A stretch of DNA of 64,000 nt, taken from NCBI GenBank assembly GCA_027491415.1, contig JAOZFH010000063.1, positions 32,001 to 96,000 on the forward strand, given 5' to 3'. The notes under the pieces were generated by a model. That model was given only the letters and a program-made list of their open reading frames with translations, was not told the origin of the DNA and did not search any database. Origin of the DNA: Thermoproteota archaeon (GTDB taxonomy: Archaea; Korarchaeota; Korarchaeia; Korarchaeales; Korarchaeaceae). Positions within the stretch are counted from its first letter, which is position 1. Every line of letters begins with the position of its first letter. Positions 38,337 to 48,413 of the stretch are shown here, in pieces. The translations under genes and the position numbers were made by a program.

Positions 38337-39390
38337 TTCCCTTCACACCCTTCTTCGAGAGGACATCGGCCCAGGGGTTGTCCCTCGCGAACTCCTCTAG
38401 GAGTTCGAGGGAGGCACCCTCACCCGGGGCGGGGCGAGTCTCCGGGGCCGGACGCGGCTTGATGTCCTTAACGGTTTCGGTCTCCCGCGGCTCGGGCGCG
38501 CCCGGCGCCCCGGCTGGCCGAGGCGTCTTTGACCCCTCCTCCAGCCCCGCGGGCCTGCGGGTTGGGGGCGGCGGAGTGGGCCAAGACGGCGGCGAGACCG
38601 TGGCGCCCGAGGTCAGGAACTTGACCAGCATCAGCAGCATGTCTATGGACCTCGACAGCTCGTCGACCCTCTTCTCCAGCGACTCGATCCTCCTCGACTC
38701 GCCCCCCCTCGAGCTCTTCAGCTCCTTGACCTCGCGTGAGAGTTCGCGAAGGGCCTCCTCAAGCTCTGCTATCTTGGCGTCGTCGCGCTCGACCCTCCCG
38801 CCAGCCCTCAGCTCAGCCAGGAGTTCCTCGATCAGCTCCTCGAGCCTGCTGCCCCTAGACTCGAGCTCCAGCTCGGCCCTGGCGCGTGCCCTCCCGGCGG
38901 AGCCGCGGGATGTAGAGACCGCGCCGACCTCCGCTCCCTCCGACCCAGGTGGCCCGAGCTCCCCGACGTCCACCTCTCCGACGGCCTCGACCACCGAGCG
39001 GGTCGCGGTCTCGACATCCTCCATCGGCAGCTGGAGGTCCTGTATGTCTCTCAGGGCTATCGAGATCCCCCTGACGGACTCCGGGGCCCCGGACTGAAAG
39101 GCGTCAACGAGCCCGTGGGGGATCCAGAGGTCTATCCTCGTGACTCCTATCCTCCTCAGCTCGGCCCAACCTCCGAGGTATTCCGACACGAGCCTGTCGA
39201 TCCACCTCGGTAGGTGGGATGGTTCGTCGGGTCCGTCGTACACCGCCACGAGGACCCGGATGGGCCTGCCGCGGACCTTCAGCTCGAGGACGGCCGCCTG
39301 GCCGTCGGAAGAGGGGGGCCCCAGTGGCCGCGCGGAGGCGTGCCTGTACATCTGAGAGATGAGCAGGTTCACCCAGGTGCGCTCCATCAC
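38326..39390 (-). CDS. Hypothetical coiled-coil protein between rps11 and rpoD
   Basis: Globular N-terminus, coiled coil, P-rich linker, C-terminal EEFARDNPWADVL; overlaps the rpoD start. Confidence 0.65.
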   Translation of the reverse strand: MMERTWVNLLISQMYRHASARPLGPPSSDGQAAVLELKVRGRPIRVLVAVYDGPDEPSHLPRWIDRLVSEYLGGWAELRRIGVTRIDLWIPHGLVDAFQSGAPESVRGISIALRDIQDLQLPMEDVETATRSVVEAVGEVDVGELGPPGSEGAEVGAVSTSRGSAGRARARAELELESRGSRLEELIEELLAELRAGGRVERDDAKIAELEEALRELSREVKELKSSRGGESRRIESLEKRVDELSRSIDMLLMLVKFLTSGATVSPPSWPTPPPPTRRPAGLEEGSKTPRPAGAPGAPEPRETETVKDIKPRPAPETRPAPGEGASLELLEEFARDNPWADVLSKKGVKGNEG

Positions 39391-39440
39391 AGGGGCCCTG
39401 TGGAGGGGGGATGCGGGTCCGAGCTATTTAAGGCAGGCCC

Positions 39441-39845
39441 TCAGACCCTCCTGCCCCTCCTGCCGTGGGGCTTCCTGCAGCCGTCGTGCGGTATCGGGGT
39501 GACATCCTCTACCCTGAGCAGGAGCAGGCCGCTCCTGGCAAGACCCCTTATGGCCGCCGTCGCCCCGGGGCCGGGTATCCTGCTCTTGATGCCGCCGGGC
39601 GCCCTGACCTTGACCACCAGCTGGGTGATGCCCTTCCTCTTGAGGTCCCTGGCCGCCGCCATGGCAGCCTTGAGCGCCGCGTAGGGAGACCCCTCCAGCC
39701 TGTCGGCGTCGACGAACATCCCGCCGCTGTAGATGGCGAGGGTCTCGGCGCCGGTGATGTCCGTTACGTGTACTATCGTGTCGTTGAAGGACGAGTAGAT
39801 GTGGGCGACGGCTATCTTGCCCTTCTTCTTGGTCTCCGCCGACAT
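39441..39845 (-). CDS. rps11: 30S ribosomal protein S11
   Basis: [31 protein letters not shown]. Confidence 0.97.
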   Translation of the reverse strand: MSAETKKKGKIAVAHIYSSFNDTIVHVTDITGAETLAIYSGGMFVDADRLEGSPYAALKAAMAAARDLKRKGITQLVVKVRAPGGIKSRIPGPGATAAIRGLARSGLLLLRVEDVTPIPHDGCRKPHGRRGRRV

Positions 39846-40429
39846 CACGACTCACCTCCCTCCGGGGACTCGGGCTGAGCCTCGGCTGGCGCCTCTGAGG
39901 GCGCCTCGGCCTGGGGGGCCTCCTCGCCAGGCAGGGCCCTGAGGTACTCCGGGTGGGTGCACTCTATCGCGTCCTCCTCGCTCACCGGGACCAGGTACCC
40001 GGGAGACCTGATCCTCCGGCCAGCGACCCAGACGTGCCCGTGGACTATCCACTGCCTGGCCTGGAAGGGGGACTTGGCGAGTCCCTTCTTCCAGACCAGG
40101 GTCTGGAGCCTCCTCTCGAGGAAGTCCTTGGCGGTGATGTCGAGCATGTCGTCCGGGGTGGCGTCTGGTCCGAGTATGCCGAGCTTCTGGAGGCGCTGGA
40201 TCGCCGGCTTCAGGATCTGCGCCGCCTCCTCCGGGTGCAGGGCCAGCGCCTCCCTGACCATCCTCCTGTACTTCCTGGCCATGTACTCGGCCCTCCAGAG
40301 CTCCCTCTTGTTCCTCAGGCCGTACATGCCAGCGAGCCTGTTGGACTCCTCGAGGACCGCCCTGTCCCAGGGCTTTAGGGGCCTCTCGTACTTCTTCCGC
40401 GGCCTCTTGGGGTCGCCCACGGGTCCCAC
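39845..40429 (-). CDS. rps4: 30S ribosomal protein S4
   Basis: [36 protein letters not shown]. Confidence 0.97.
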   Translation of the reverse strand: MGPVGDPKRPRKKYERPLKPWDRAVLEESNRLAGMYGLRNKRELWRAEYMARKYRRMVREALALHPEEAAQILKPAIQRLQKLGILGPDATPDDMLDITAKDFLERRLQTLVWKKGLAKSPFQARQWIVHGHVWVAGRRIRSPGYLVPVSEEDAIECTHPEYLRALPGEEAPQAEAPSEAPAEAQPESPEGGES

Positions 40430-40430
40430 C

Positions 40431-40880
40431 TCACTTCTTCCTCTGGTAGCCGACCGTCCTGCCCACCCTGCCGGTGGTCTTGGTCCTCTGTCCCCTCACC
40501 TTGAGCCCGAGGGCGTGCCTTATGCCCTTCCAGCTCCTCATCTTCTTCATCTTGTCGATGTCCTGCCTCACCACGAAGTCCAAGTCGTCCCCTATGATGT
40601 GCTTGGACACGCCGTCCTCAGGGTCCCTCTGCCTGTTGAGCATCCACCAGGGGATGCCGAACTTGGCTGGATCTCTCATGACCTCTTCTATCTTCGCAAG
40701 TTGCTCGTCGCCGAGGGTGCCCAAGAGGGCCCACTTGTCCACGCCAGCCTTCTCCGCGATGGCGTTGGCAAGGGTGTGGCTCACCCCTTTTATGTAGGTC
40801 AGGGCTATGACGACCGGCTTGTCGCCCTCCAGGGTGGTCCCAGCGAGCCTCAGCCTCTTCAGGATCTCCCGCTGCTCCAA
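40431..40880 (-). CDS. rps13: 30S ribosomal protein S13
   Basis: ALTYIKGV, WMLNRQRD, GIRHALGLKVRGQRTKTTGR. Confidence 0.97.
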   Translation of the reverse strand: MEQREILKRLRLAGTTLEGDKPVVIALTYIKGVSHTLANAIAEKAGVDKWALLGTLGDEQLAKIEEVMRDPAKFGIPWWMLNRQRDPEDGVSKHIIGDDLDFVVRQDIDKMKKMRSWKGIRHALGLKVRGQRTKTTGRVGRTVGYQRKK

Positions 40881-40968
40881 TTTGGCTGCACCCTCTCCCT
40901 CGATCAGGTGGGCGTGCGGCTCCCCCTATTTAACCGTTGGCTCCGACCCGCGAGAGGACCGATTAGCG

Positions 40969-41056
40969 TGGCGCCGGGGGTGGGATTTGAACCCACGCGG
41001 CCCGACGGGCCACGGGCTTAGCAGGCCCGCCCCCTACCAGGCTAGGGCACCCCGGC
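40969..41056 (-). tRNA. tRNA-Ser(GCT)
   Basis: GCCGGGG acceptor, cgggc-CT-GCT-AA-gcccg arm, long variable arm, CCA. Confidence 0.95.
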
Positions 41057-41225
41057 ACTGAGGACTAAAGGCCCCGCGCTCGCCGCCCCTCCTGGGATAA
41101 AAGGTTGCCCCAGCGTCTTCAGGGTCAAGCCAATGCCTTGATTGAGATAAAATTTACTGAACTATTGTACTTTTAACTTTCTTATCCCACCTAGTCGGGC
41201 TACTCTGCAGAAATTTTTATGTTTT

Positions 41226-44200
41226 ATGCTGGAGCCGCCGCTTATGATGCCCTGCCCCCGCCTGGCGACCCTCTTACTCGTTGTAGCCCTCGGATTGTTC
41301 CTCGTGACCGGGCTGAACTCCAACAGAATACAAGCGCAAGCTGGAGGATGGTGGGACCCGGACGGGGTCAGCGTCGGCGATGACTGGCACTTCAGGGTAC
41401 CCGTTGAAGTCAAGTCGGGGTCTCCGGGCTCGTCCGTCAGGGTGCCGGTGAACTTCTCGGAACTCCTGGCCGAGCTCGGGGTGTCAGGGGACTTCGACGA
41501 GAACTCTGTCAGAGTGATATCGCCAGCCGGTGAGGCGGTCCCATACCAGAAGTTCGATGACGGCAGCTTCGAGGGATCCCCAGACGCCCTGGACAACGGC
41601 GTGGGCGACGTTGAGTTTCAACTCGACGACTCTGGACCCGGCGTGTACTACGTCTACTTTGACATAGTCGAGAACGGGCCAAAGTCGCCGGGAGGGTTCT
41701 CCCCACCCACTCCCGGGGATCTGGTTCAGGACGGCGGCTTTGAGTCCGCCTCCGTGGGAGAGGAGTCGCCGGGCGCGTGGGTTGGCGGGGGCGTGAATCA
41801 CGCATGGGCCGCGCATCACGTAGTCTCCGGCTCTGACCCGCACCTGGGAGGCTCGGTGGCTCACTCGGGCTCGAGGGCATACAAGATAGGCTGGGACTAC
41901 TCCGTATGGGGTCCGAGCTCGGCCTACGCATCTATTGGCGGGTGGATCTATCAGGAGGTGACGATTCCGGAGTCGGGGGCGGTCCTCTCTTTCTGGAGGA
42001 GGATGGTCACCTACGACTACTCCCCGTACGACACGTTCGACGTCCAGGTGAGGGACGCCTCGGGGAACGTCCTCAAGACCCTGCTCCACGAGACCGCCCC
42101 CTGCTGCGGGGTCAAGTGGAAGGAGAGGTCGTGGAAGCAGTTCTCATTCGACCTGAGCGAGTTCGCCGGCAAGACCGTCAGGATCTACTTCCGGGCCGGG
42201 AACACGTACGACGGGCTCTACGGGACGTACGTCTACGTAGACGACATCCAGGTTTCCGGCTGGATTTCCGGCGAACTCGGGAACCCAGAGGGGTTCCACG
42301 TCGTCCTAGAGAGCGTAGTTGACTCCTCCAATCCCGGCGGCCCCATCAGGCGGGGCGCCCAGGTTACGATCACGGCGCGGAGCGAGGTGGGTTCGAGGCT
42401 CGACTCCTCGACCGGGGACTACCTGACCGCCGAGGTCTACGACCCCAACGGGACCTTGGTGGGGGTAACGACTCTGAGGGATGATGGGGCGGGCGCAGAC
42501 GACGTTGCGGACGACGGGAAATACAGTGGATCCTTCACCATACCGAGTGACGCCGATCCCGGCGCGTGGACGGTGATGGTCTTCGCAGGGTCGTCCCCGT
42601 CCTACGACAACGGGTACCTAGCCCAGGACGCCGGGTTCTTCGTGGTCGAGGGGCTGCTCGTGAATCCCCCCGCCATCGGGATGAGCGTCATCGAGAACAC
42701 CTCCGCGTCCGCCGGCGGCAGCGTCATCAACGCGGGGGCGTTTCAGGCTGGCCACGTGAAGTTCGCCCTCCTGACCGACCTCGCGCTGGAGGCGGATCCC
42801 ACCGTGACGATAGACCCCTCGAAGGTCGTCTTCAGTCCACAGGACTTCTCGATACCGGCCCAGTCGCAGGCCAACTTCACCATCAACGTCTCCGTCCCGA
42901 TTCCGCAGCAGCCGGGGGTTTACAGGGCCGTAGTAGCCGTCTTTGCCGACGAGAATCTCAACGGCGCCCCCGACGACCCGGAGGTGACCACCTTCAACCT
43001 TACGGTCGAGGTCGTGGCGCCCCTGGTGGCGGGAACGATAGAGCCGGACACGGTCAACGAGAACTTCGCCATAGCGTGCGGGGAGAACTTCACAAAGCTG
43101 TACTTGGTGCTCAGGATGACGAACCTGGCGGCCAGGGAGGACGTGGGGGACATATCGATCACCGCGAACCGGCCGTGGAGGGTGGAGGTGTACAGGGACG
43201 TGCTGGGAGACGACGCGCCGGGCTTCTACACGTCGGACGATCAGTTCAACTTCAACGACGACGTCCTGATCGCCTACGACGGGGACGGCCAGGCGGGGGG
43301 TGACATCGCGACCAACAGCACCTGGGACTGGGTCAACCGGTCGGAGGACACCTTCGGGGACAACATCCCCGACACGGGGATGCTCGGGAACCAGACGAGC
43401 CCGGACAACTGGGTCAACGTGGTCTTCGTCGTGTACGTGAACAACTCCGAGGTGCTCGCCGGAGACGCCTATCACCTGGTCGTGAGGGGGACCTCCTACA
43501 ACGACTGGGTCGAGGACCCCGAATACCCGAACATCCCCTACGACGACGACAGCCTCTACCACGACACGGCGCACCTCGTGGCCAACGCCCTGGAGACCCC
43601 CTGCGGCTTCATATCCCCCGACGCGCTTGATTCCTCCGGGGCTCCAGAGGTCAACCTGACGGTGTGGTTCGTTCAGGACTGGGTGAACAGGGCGCCCATG
43701 ACGGACAGGGGGAACGTCAAGATAGTGCAGCCGGCGGGCCTCGCCCTCTACCTGTACAGGGACGAGGGGCTCAACGACCAAGTTGGGGCCCACGCCGATC
43801 GACCGATAGACTCGGACGACGTGCTGCTGGCCGCTGACTACGACGGAGACGGCAGCTGGGACTTCGTCTCGCCAGACTACGACGCCGGTGGTGACGGAAT
43901 ACCAGACACCGGCGACTTGCCGCCGCACGGCGGATACGCCCGGATGATCTTCGAGGTCGTGGTGCCCAAGGGGGCTCCCCCGGGCACCCTGACGGTCGTC
44001 GTCAGGGGATGCTCCAACTGGGAGTGGGTCAACGAGCACCCCGACTTGGAGTACTGCGCCGACGAGATATTCCACGACGAGGCCTCGATGACCATAGAGG
44101 TCCTCCCGTACCGAAGGCCCGACCTGAGGGGATCCCTAAACCTGACGCTCGGGATGATCGGGGACGATGTCTACGAGTACCCCGCGGTCGAACAGCTCCT

Positions 44201-46100
44201 AAACAGGACGAGCAATCCCGCCAGCCCGGCCAACTTCACGATATCCGTTCAGAATGACGGGAACGTGGAGGACACGATTCGACTGACGGGCCCGACTGTG
44301 ACGCCGCTTTCCCGCGTGACCTACTTCCTCAACGGTGCCAACGTGACGGACCTCGTGGGCGGTCCGGGACTCGACCTGACGCTGGCCCCTGGCGAAGAAG
44401 TCCTCCTGACCGTCCTCTTAACGCCTACGACCTACCGGCACCTGATGGTGGACGAGGTGGCAATCACCTCCACCTCTGCCGGAGATCCGGCAAAGCTGGA
44501 CTCCGTCAAGCTAACCACGACGATTGTGGACGAGGCGCCCCCCCAGGTCAGCCTGCTGGAGCCCGGTGCATCCGAGACGCTTGAGTGGGCCAGGCGGCAC
44601 ACCTTCAGGGTCAACCTGAGCGACGACACCGGGCTGGAGAACGCGACTCTCCTGATCATGAGGCCGGACAGGAGCGTGGTAATGGAGCTCTCCCAGAGGG
44701 TGAGCGGGAGATGCGCCGAGGTGGAGTGGACGACGCCGGCGCTGGGCCCCGGCAACTACCTGTGGGCCGTCATGGCCTGCGACAACGTCTCGGCTTACGG
44801 ACCATTCTCCAGCAACTGCGCCCTGAGCGAGCACCGCGAGTTCACAGTCCTTCCAAAGCCCCCTGTCCCAGGCGCCGTGATTTCAGGAACCATAGACGCC
44901 GAACCGGCCAAGGCGGCTCCGGGAGACGCGGTCAACCTGCGAGTGAGGGTATTCAACGAGGGGGCGGGCTCGGCCGATCAAGTCGTGGTTCAACTCGCCG
45001 TGCCGGAGGGCCTCGCCCTGGAAGGCCCATGCTCCCGGCCAGGCGGGGGAGGGGTTCTCACCGATGTCGAGGGGGGCTCTGCCTGGATTGACCTCGGTCG
45101 GCTGGATCCTGGGGGATCAGCGTCGGCTGTGTGTACCCTCAGAGTTCAGAGCTGGGCTGAAGAGGGTGTCTACGTGCTTAGAGCCCTTTACAGACGAGTC
45201 CTCCTGGACTCGGCATCCGTGGAGGTCGCCGCTCCGGCGATCGAATCAGCTCGGAGGCTAGCCGCGAGGATTCTGGTCTCTCTTGAAGTAGATCCGCCGT
45301 CCACATTGGTCGAAGAGAGGACGAGGGTCAGCATCTTGGTGAAGAACGTAGGGGCGGGGAAGTCCGGGGAGCTGATCCTAAGGATCGCGCTGCCGGAGGG
45401 CCTGAGCCCCGTAGAGGGGACATTCAGCGTGGGCGGCAGGTCCGTCGAGCCCACCCCGGTTGATGGGGGGTTGGGGGTGGTCTTAGGCGCCTTGGGCCCC
45501 GGAGACGGTGTTAACGTGACCTTACTCGTCTCCGGGGAGGTAGCTGGGACTCACGAGATCAGGGCGTGCGTCGGCGGGGTCTGTGCCCAGGCCGCGCTGG
45601 AGGTCGCCGAGGTTGAGAGGACTGAGGTCTCCCTCTCTGGATCTTCACGCGTCTCCGAAGGGTTAACGGAGGTGACCGTTACGATAGAGGTCGTCGGGGG
45701 CGAGGTGACAACCGACTTGATAATATCGATTCCAGAGGGGACGGATCTCATTCCCAACGGCCTCACAATCGACGGGACCCCGGTTCAGGCCGTCGTCTCG
45801 GGCGGCCGCGCCGTGGTGGCCGGGGTCAGGCTGCCTCAGGGGAGGCACGAGCTCAGGGTCGCCCTCAACTCGTCTCAGGCAAGCCCCGGAGTGCACTACG
45901 TTGAGGTTAGGGTCGGCGATCGAAGCGTCTCGGTCGGGTTCGAGGCGGCCCCCACCGCCCCTACAGGCGCCCCGACCGAGACACCGTCGCCCACCCCGGT
46001 TGCGCCGGGCCGCGGCTTCCCCGTCCTCACCGTCCTGGGCGTGATCTTGGCTCTGGCGATGTTGGCGGCGGCGATTCTCGTCCTGAGGCGAGGGAGGTGA
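41226..46100 (+). CDS. Large cell-surface glycoprotein (CBM-like, choice-of-anchor-X-like, Ca-binding, Ig/DUF11-like repeats, C-terminal TM anchor)
   Basis: Signal peptide; LVQDGGFES...YVDDIQV; LRDDGAGADDVADDGKYSG; DxDGD motifs; many NxS/T sequons; P/T linker, TM and RRGR tail. Confidence 0.8.
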   Translation: MLEPPLMMPCPRLATLLLVVALGLFLVTGLNSNRIQAQAGGWWDPDGVSVGDDWHFRVPVEVKSGSPGSSVRVPVNFSELLAELGVSGDFDENSVRVISPAGEAVPYQKFDDGSFEGSPDALDNGVGDVEFQLDDSGPGVYYVYFDIVENGPKSPGGFSPPTPGDLVQDGGFESASVGEESPGAWVGGGVNHAWAAHHVVSGSDPHLGGSVAHSGSRAYKIGWDYSVWGPSSAYASIGGWIYQEVTIPESGAVLSFWRRMVTYDYSPYDTFDVQVRDASGNVLKTLLHETAPCCGVKWKERSWKQFSFDLSEFAGKTVRIYFRAGNTYDGLYGTYVYVDDIQVSGWISGELGNPEGFHVVLESVVDSSNPGGPIRRGAQVTITARSEVGSRLDSSTGDYLTAEVYDPNGTLVGVTTLRDDGAGADDVADDGKYSGSFTIPSDADPGAWTVMVFAGSSPSYDNGYLAQDAGFFVVEGLLVNPPAIGMSVIENTSASAGGSVINAGAFQAGHVKFALLTDLALEADPTVTIDPSKVVFSPQDFSIPAQSQANFTINVSVPIPQQPGVYRAVVAVFADENLNGAPDDPEVTTFNLTVEVVAPLVAGTIEPDTVNENFAIACGENFTKLYLVLRMTNLAAREDVGDISITANRPWRVEVYRDVLGDDAPGFYTSDDQFNFNDDVLIAYDGDGQAGGDIATNSTWDWVNRSEDTFGDNIPDTGMLGNQTSPDNWVNVVFVVYVNNSEVLAGDAYHLVVRGTSYNDWVEDPEYPNIPYDDDSLYHDTAHLVANALETPCGFISPDALDSSGAPEVNLTVWFVQDWVNRAPMTDRGNVKIVQPAGLALYLYRDEGLNDQVGAHADRPIDSDDVLLAADYDGDGSWDFVSPDYDAGGDGIPDTGDLPPHGGYARMIFEVVVPKGAPPGTLTVVVRGCSNWEWVNEHPDLEYCADEIFHDEASMTIEVLPYRRPDLRGSLNLTLGMIGDDVYEYPAVEQLLNRTSNPASPANFTISVQNDGNVEDTIRLTGPTVTPLSRVTYFLNGANVTDLVGGPGLDLTLAPGEEVLLTVLLTPTTYRHLMVDEVAITSTSAGDPAKLDSVKLTTTIVDEAPPQVSLLEPGASETLEWARRHTFRVNLSDDTGLENATLLIMRPDRSVVMELSQRVSGRCAEVEWTTPALGPGNYLWAVMACDNVSAYGPFSSNCALSEHREFTVLPKPPVPGAVISGTIDAEPAKAAPGDAVNLRVRVFNEGAGSADQVVVQLAVPEGLALEGPCSRPGGGGVLTDVEGGSAWIDLGRLDPGGSASAVCTLRVQSWAEEGVYVLRALYRRVLLDSASVEVAAPAIESARRLAARILVSLEVDPPSTLVEERTRVSILVKNVGAGKSGELILRIALPEGLSPVEGTFSVGGRSVEPTPVDGGLGVVLGALGPGDGVNVTLLVSGEVAGTHEIRACVGGVCAQAALEVAEVERTEVSLSGSSRVSEGLTEVTVTIEVVGGEVTTDLIISIPEGTDLIPNGLTIDGTPVQAVVSGGRAVVAGVRLPQGRHELRVALNSSQASPGVHYVEVRVGDRSVSVGFEAAPTAPTGAPTETPSPTPVAPGRGFPVLTVLGVILALAMLAAAILVLRRGR

Positions 46101-46152
46101 GGGGACGGGCGCCAAAGCACGGGGTGGGAATCGGTGAGGCGAGGGGGGTGGG

Positions 46153-46269
46153 TGGTGCCGGGGGCGGGACTTGAACCCGCGACCTCCGGATCTCCCACCG
46201 AGCGCCGGGAGCCGACGCGCGTGAACAGGTTATGAGTCCGGCGCTCTGACCAGTCTGAGCTACCCCGGC
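46153..46269 (-). tRNA. tRNA-Met(CAT), probably elongator, with canonical 37/38 intron (46192..46230)
   Basis: GCCGGGG acceptor, ccgga-CT-CAT-A[39 nt]A-tccgg arm, GGTTCAAGTCCC, CCA. Confidence 0.9.
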
Positions 46270-46384
46270 ACCGATTCCCGGGGGACCTACGAGTCCGGGA
46301 AAATTAAAGTTCGCCGCGTCCCCGGCGCCGGCCGCAACGTTCATGTAAGATCGCCCCAAGGGCTTCGGAGCGTGGCGTGACTCG

Positions 46385-47434
46385 GTGAGTGGCTTGCGGA
46401 GAGAGGGGGTCGACGACGAGAGCACCCTTCAGGATGAGCTGCTGGCGGGGCTGGGAACCCTCAAGGCCAGGGTAACCACCGTGGTGCTTGGCATGGCTGG
46501 CCTGGCCGCCCTCGTCCTGCTCTTCAGGGGAGCCGATCCCCAGCTCCTGGCGGACGCGGTTTCGAGGATAGGGTGGAGGCCCGTCCTCCTCTCCCTCCTC
46601 TCCTTCCACGCCGGGTTCCTGCTGTACACCCTCGGGTGGTACGTCCTGCTGGAGGGGAAGCTTTCCTTCAGGGACGCATACCTGATCTCGTGGGTCGGCA
46701 CCCTGGCCAGCCTCATAATCCCGGCGGGCCCCTTATCCGCGGACGCCACGAGGACCTACCTGGCCCACAAGAGGGGAGGGCTGAGCATAGGCGAGGCGGC
46801 GTCCTCGATAACTGCACACAGGATAACCATGCTGATGCCCTTCGTGGTGTACGTGGGAGGGGGATCGGCATACCTCCTGCTCTCAGGGATGGAGGGCTCT
46901 GAGGCCGGGGCCAGAGCCCTCCTGCTCGCGGGAGCGAGCGGGGTGCTCGTCATCGTGGGTCTTCTTGCGACCACCAGCGAGCGCGTCCTTGGGGGAATAC
47001 TCAGGATGGCGGAGAGGCTCACGAGGCGGGACATATCCGCGGTGAGGGCCATGGCAGAGGACTACCTGGAGGGATACGCCCGGCTCCGAGAGAACTTCCC
47101 CCTGATGGTAAAAGTGGTCGCGATATCACTTGGCGGGTGGCTGATGGACATGACGCCCATTCTCATCTTGCTCCACGCCCTGAAGCCGGACTTCCCCCTC
47201 TTGGCCGGTGTCCTGGTATACTCGGTCAACATCATAATGCTCCGCCTTCCGCTCGGCATACCCGGCGGCAACCTCGGTCTGAGGGAGTGGGCGAGCGTCG
47301 GCCTACTCGAGGCTCTTGGCCTCACGAGAGAGATGGCCGCAGCCCTGATCCTGGTGGCGTCGGACGTGATCACGCTGCTGAACCAACTCACCTTTGGCCT
47401 CCTGGCCTACCTGATCGTCTTGAAGGGGGGTTGA
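46385..47434 (+). CDS. Lysylphosphatidylglycerol-synthase TM / UPF0104 flippase-like membrane protein
   Basis: Multi-TM; IIPAGPLSADATR, LPLGIPGGNLGLRE; start uncertain. Confidence 0.8.
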   Translation: MSGLRREGVDDESTLQDELLAGLGTLKARVTTVVLGMAGLAALVLLFRGADPQLLADAVSRIGWRPVLLSLLSFHAGFLLYTLGWYVLLEGKLSFRDAYLISWVGTLASLIIPAGPLSADATRTYLAHKRGGLSIGEAASSITAHRITMLMPFVVYVGGGSAYLLLSGMEGSEAGARALLLAGASGVLVIVGLLATTSERVLGGILRMAERLTRRDISAVRAMAEDYLEGYARLRENFPLMVKVVAISLGGWLMDMTPILILLHALKPDFPLLAGVLVYSVNIIMLRLPLGIPGGNLGLREWASVGLLEALGLTREMAAALILVASDVITLLNQLTFGLLAYLIVLKGG

Positions 47435-47437
47435 CCG

Positions 47438-47722
47438 TTGGAGGCACCCCTCCGCCAGCCCGAGGAACGCGAGGGCGCCAGGTGGGCCAGAAAGGCCCAC
47501 GCCTATCTGGTCAGACACGGATACTTCCGTGGCTTTAGGAGGCTCAGCGACGGGCAGAGGTACCAGCTCATCAGGGAGGGGCTGAGGGAATACATGAGGC
47601 TGAACCCTCTCCCGCCCGAGCACGTGGACGAGGCCCTGGAATGGATGCTGGAGAGCAGGAGGATCCACGAGGCCAGGGCCTTGGCCAAGCTCACTGGCAG
47701 GCGCCTTCCTACGAGGAGATGA
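47438..47722 (+). CDS. Hypothetical protein
   Basis: 94-aa ORF directly following the flippase gene with genome-typical codon style. Confidence 0.55.
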   Translation: MEAPLRQPEEREGARWARKAHAYLVRHGYFRGFRRLSDGQRYQLIREGLREYMRLNPLPPEHVDEALEWMLESRRIHEARALAKLTGRRLPTRR

Positions 47723-48398
47723 CCCTGACCTCTCTTCCCTCGGCGACGTACGCCTCGTCGGCGAGCCCCACGAATAGACCCACCTCGACCACGCCCGGGA
47801 TGAGCTTCAGCTGGGTCAGCGTCGCCTCTGGATCCTCGAGGGGCTCCGGCATGGTCACGTCCAGCACGTAGTTCCCGTTGTCCGTGGTGAAGGGGATGCC
47901 GAACCTGGTGAGCCTGAGCTCGGGTATCCCGTTGACCGCCTCGGCTATCAGCCTCGCCACGTGGGTCCTCCCGTACCTGAGGACCTCCACGGGAAGGGCG
48001 TGGGTAGAGCAGAGGGACCTCACCAGCTTCCTGTGGTCCGCTATGATCACGTAGACGTCGGAGTTCACGGCCAGGACCTTCTCCCTGGTCAGGGCCCCGC
48101 CGCCTCCTTTCAGAAGGTTCAGGTTGGGGTCGATCTCGTCGGCCCCGTCGACGGTGAAGTCGACGGTCTCCACGTGGTCTATGTCCACCAACTCTAGGCC
48201 AGCCCGCAGGGCCGCCTCCTCTATCTGGCTGGAGGTGGGCACGAACCTCAGCCTCTTGGACAGGTCGGACCTCCTGAGCTCCCTGACAAAGGCCTCGACC
48301 GTGCTGCCGCTCCCCAGACCGACGATCCTCGCGTCCGAGGGAATCCTCTCGAGGGCGTACCTGGCGGCTAGGGCCTTCTCCTCCTCGACTGTAGTCAT
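47709..48398 (-). CDS. rpiA: Ribose-5-phosphate isomerase A
   Basis: GLGSGST, DGADEID, KGGGGALTREK, TDNGNY, GVVEVGLF. Confidence 0.97.
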   Translation of the reverse strand: MTTVEEEKALAARYALERIPSDARIVGLGSGSTVEAFVRELRRSDLSKRLRFVPTSSQIEEAALRAGLELVDIDHVETVDFTVDGADEIDPNLNLLKGGGGALTREKVLAVNSDVYVIIADHRKLVRSLCSTHALPVEVLRYGRTHVARLIAEAVNGIPELRLTRFGIPFTTDNGNYVLDVTMPEPLEDPEATLTQLKLIPGVVEVGLFVGLADEAYVAEGREVRVISS

Positions 48399-48413
48399 GG
48401 CGGGTCACTCCAC

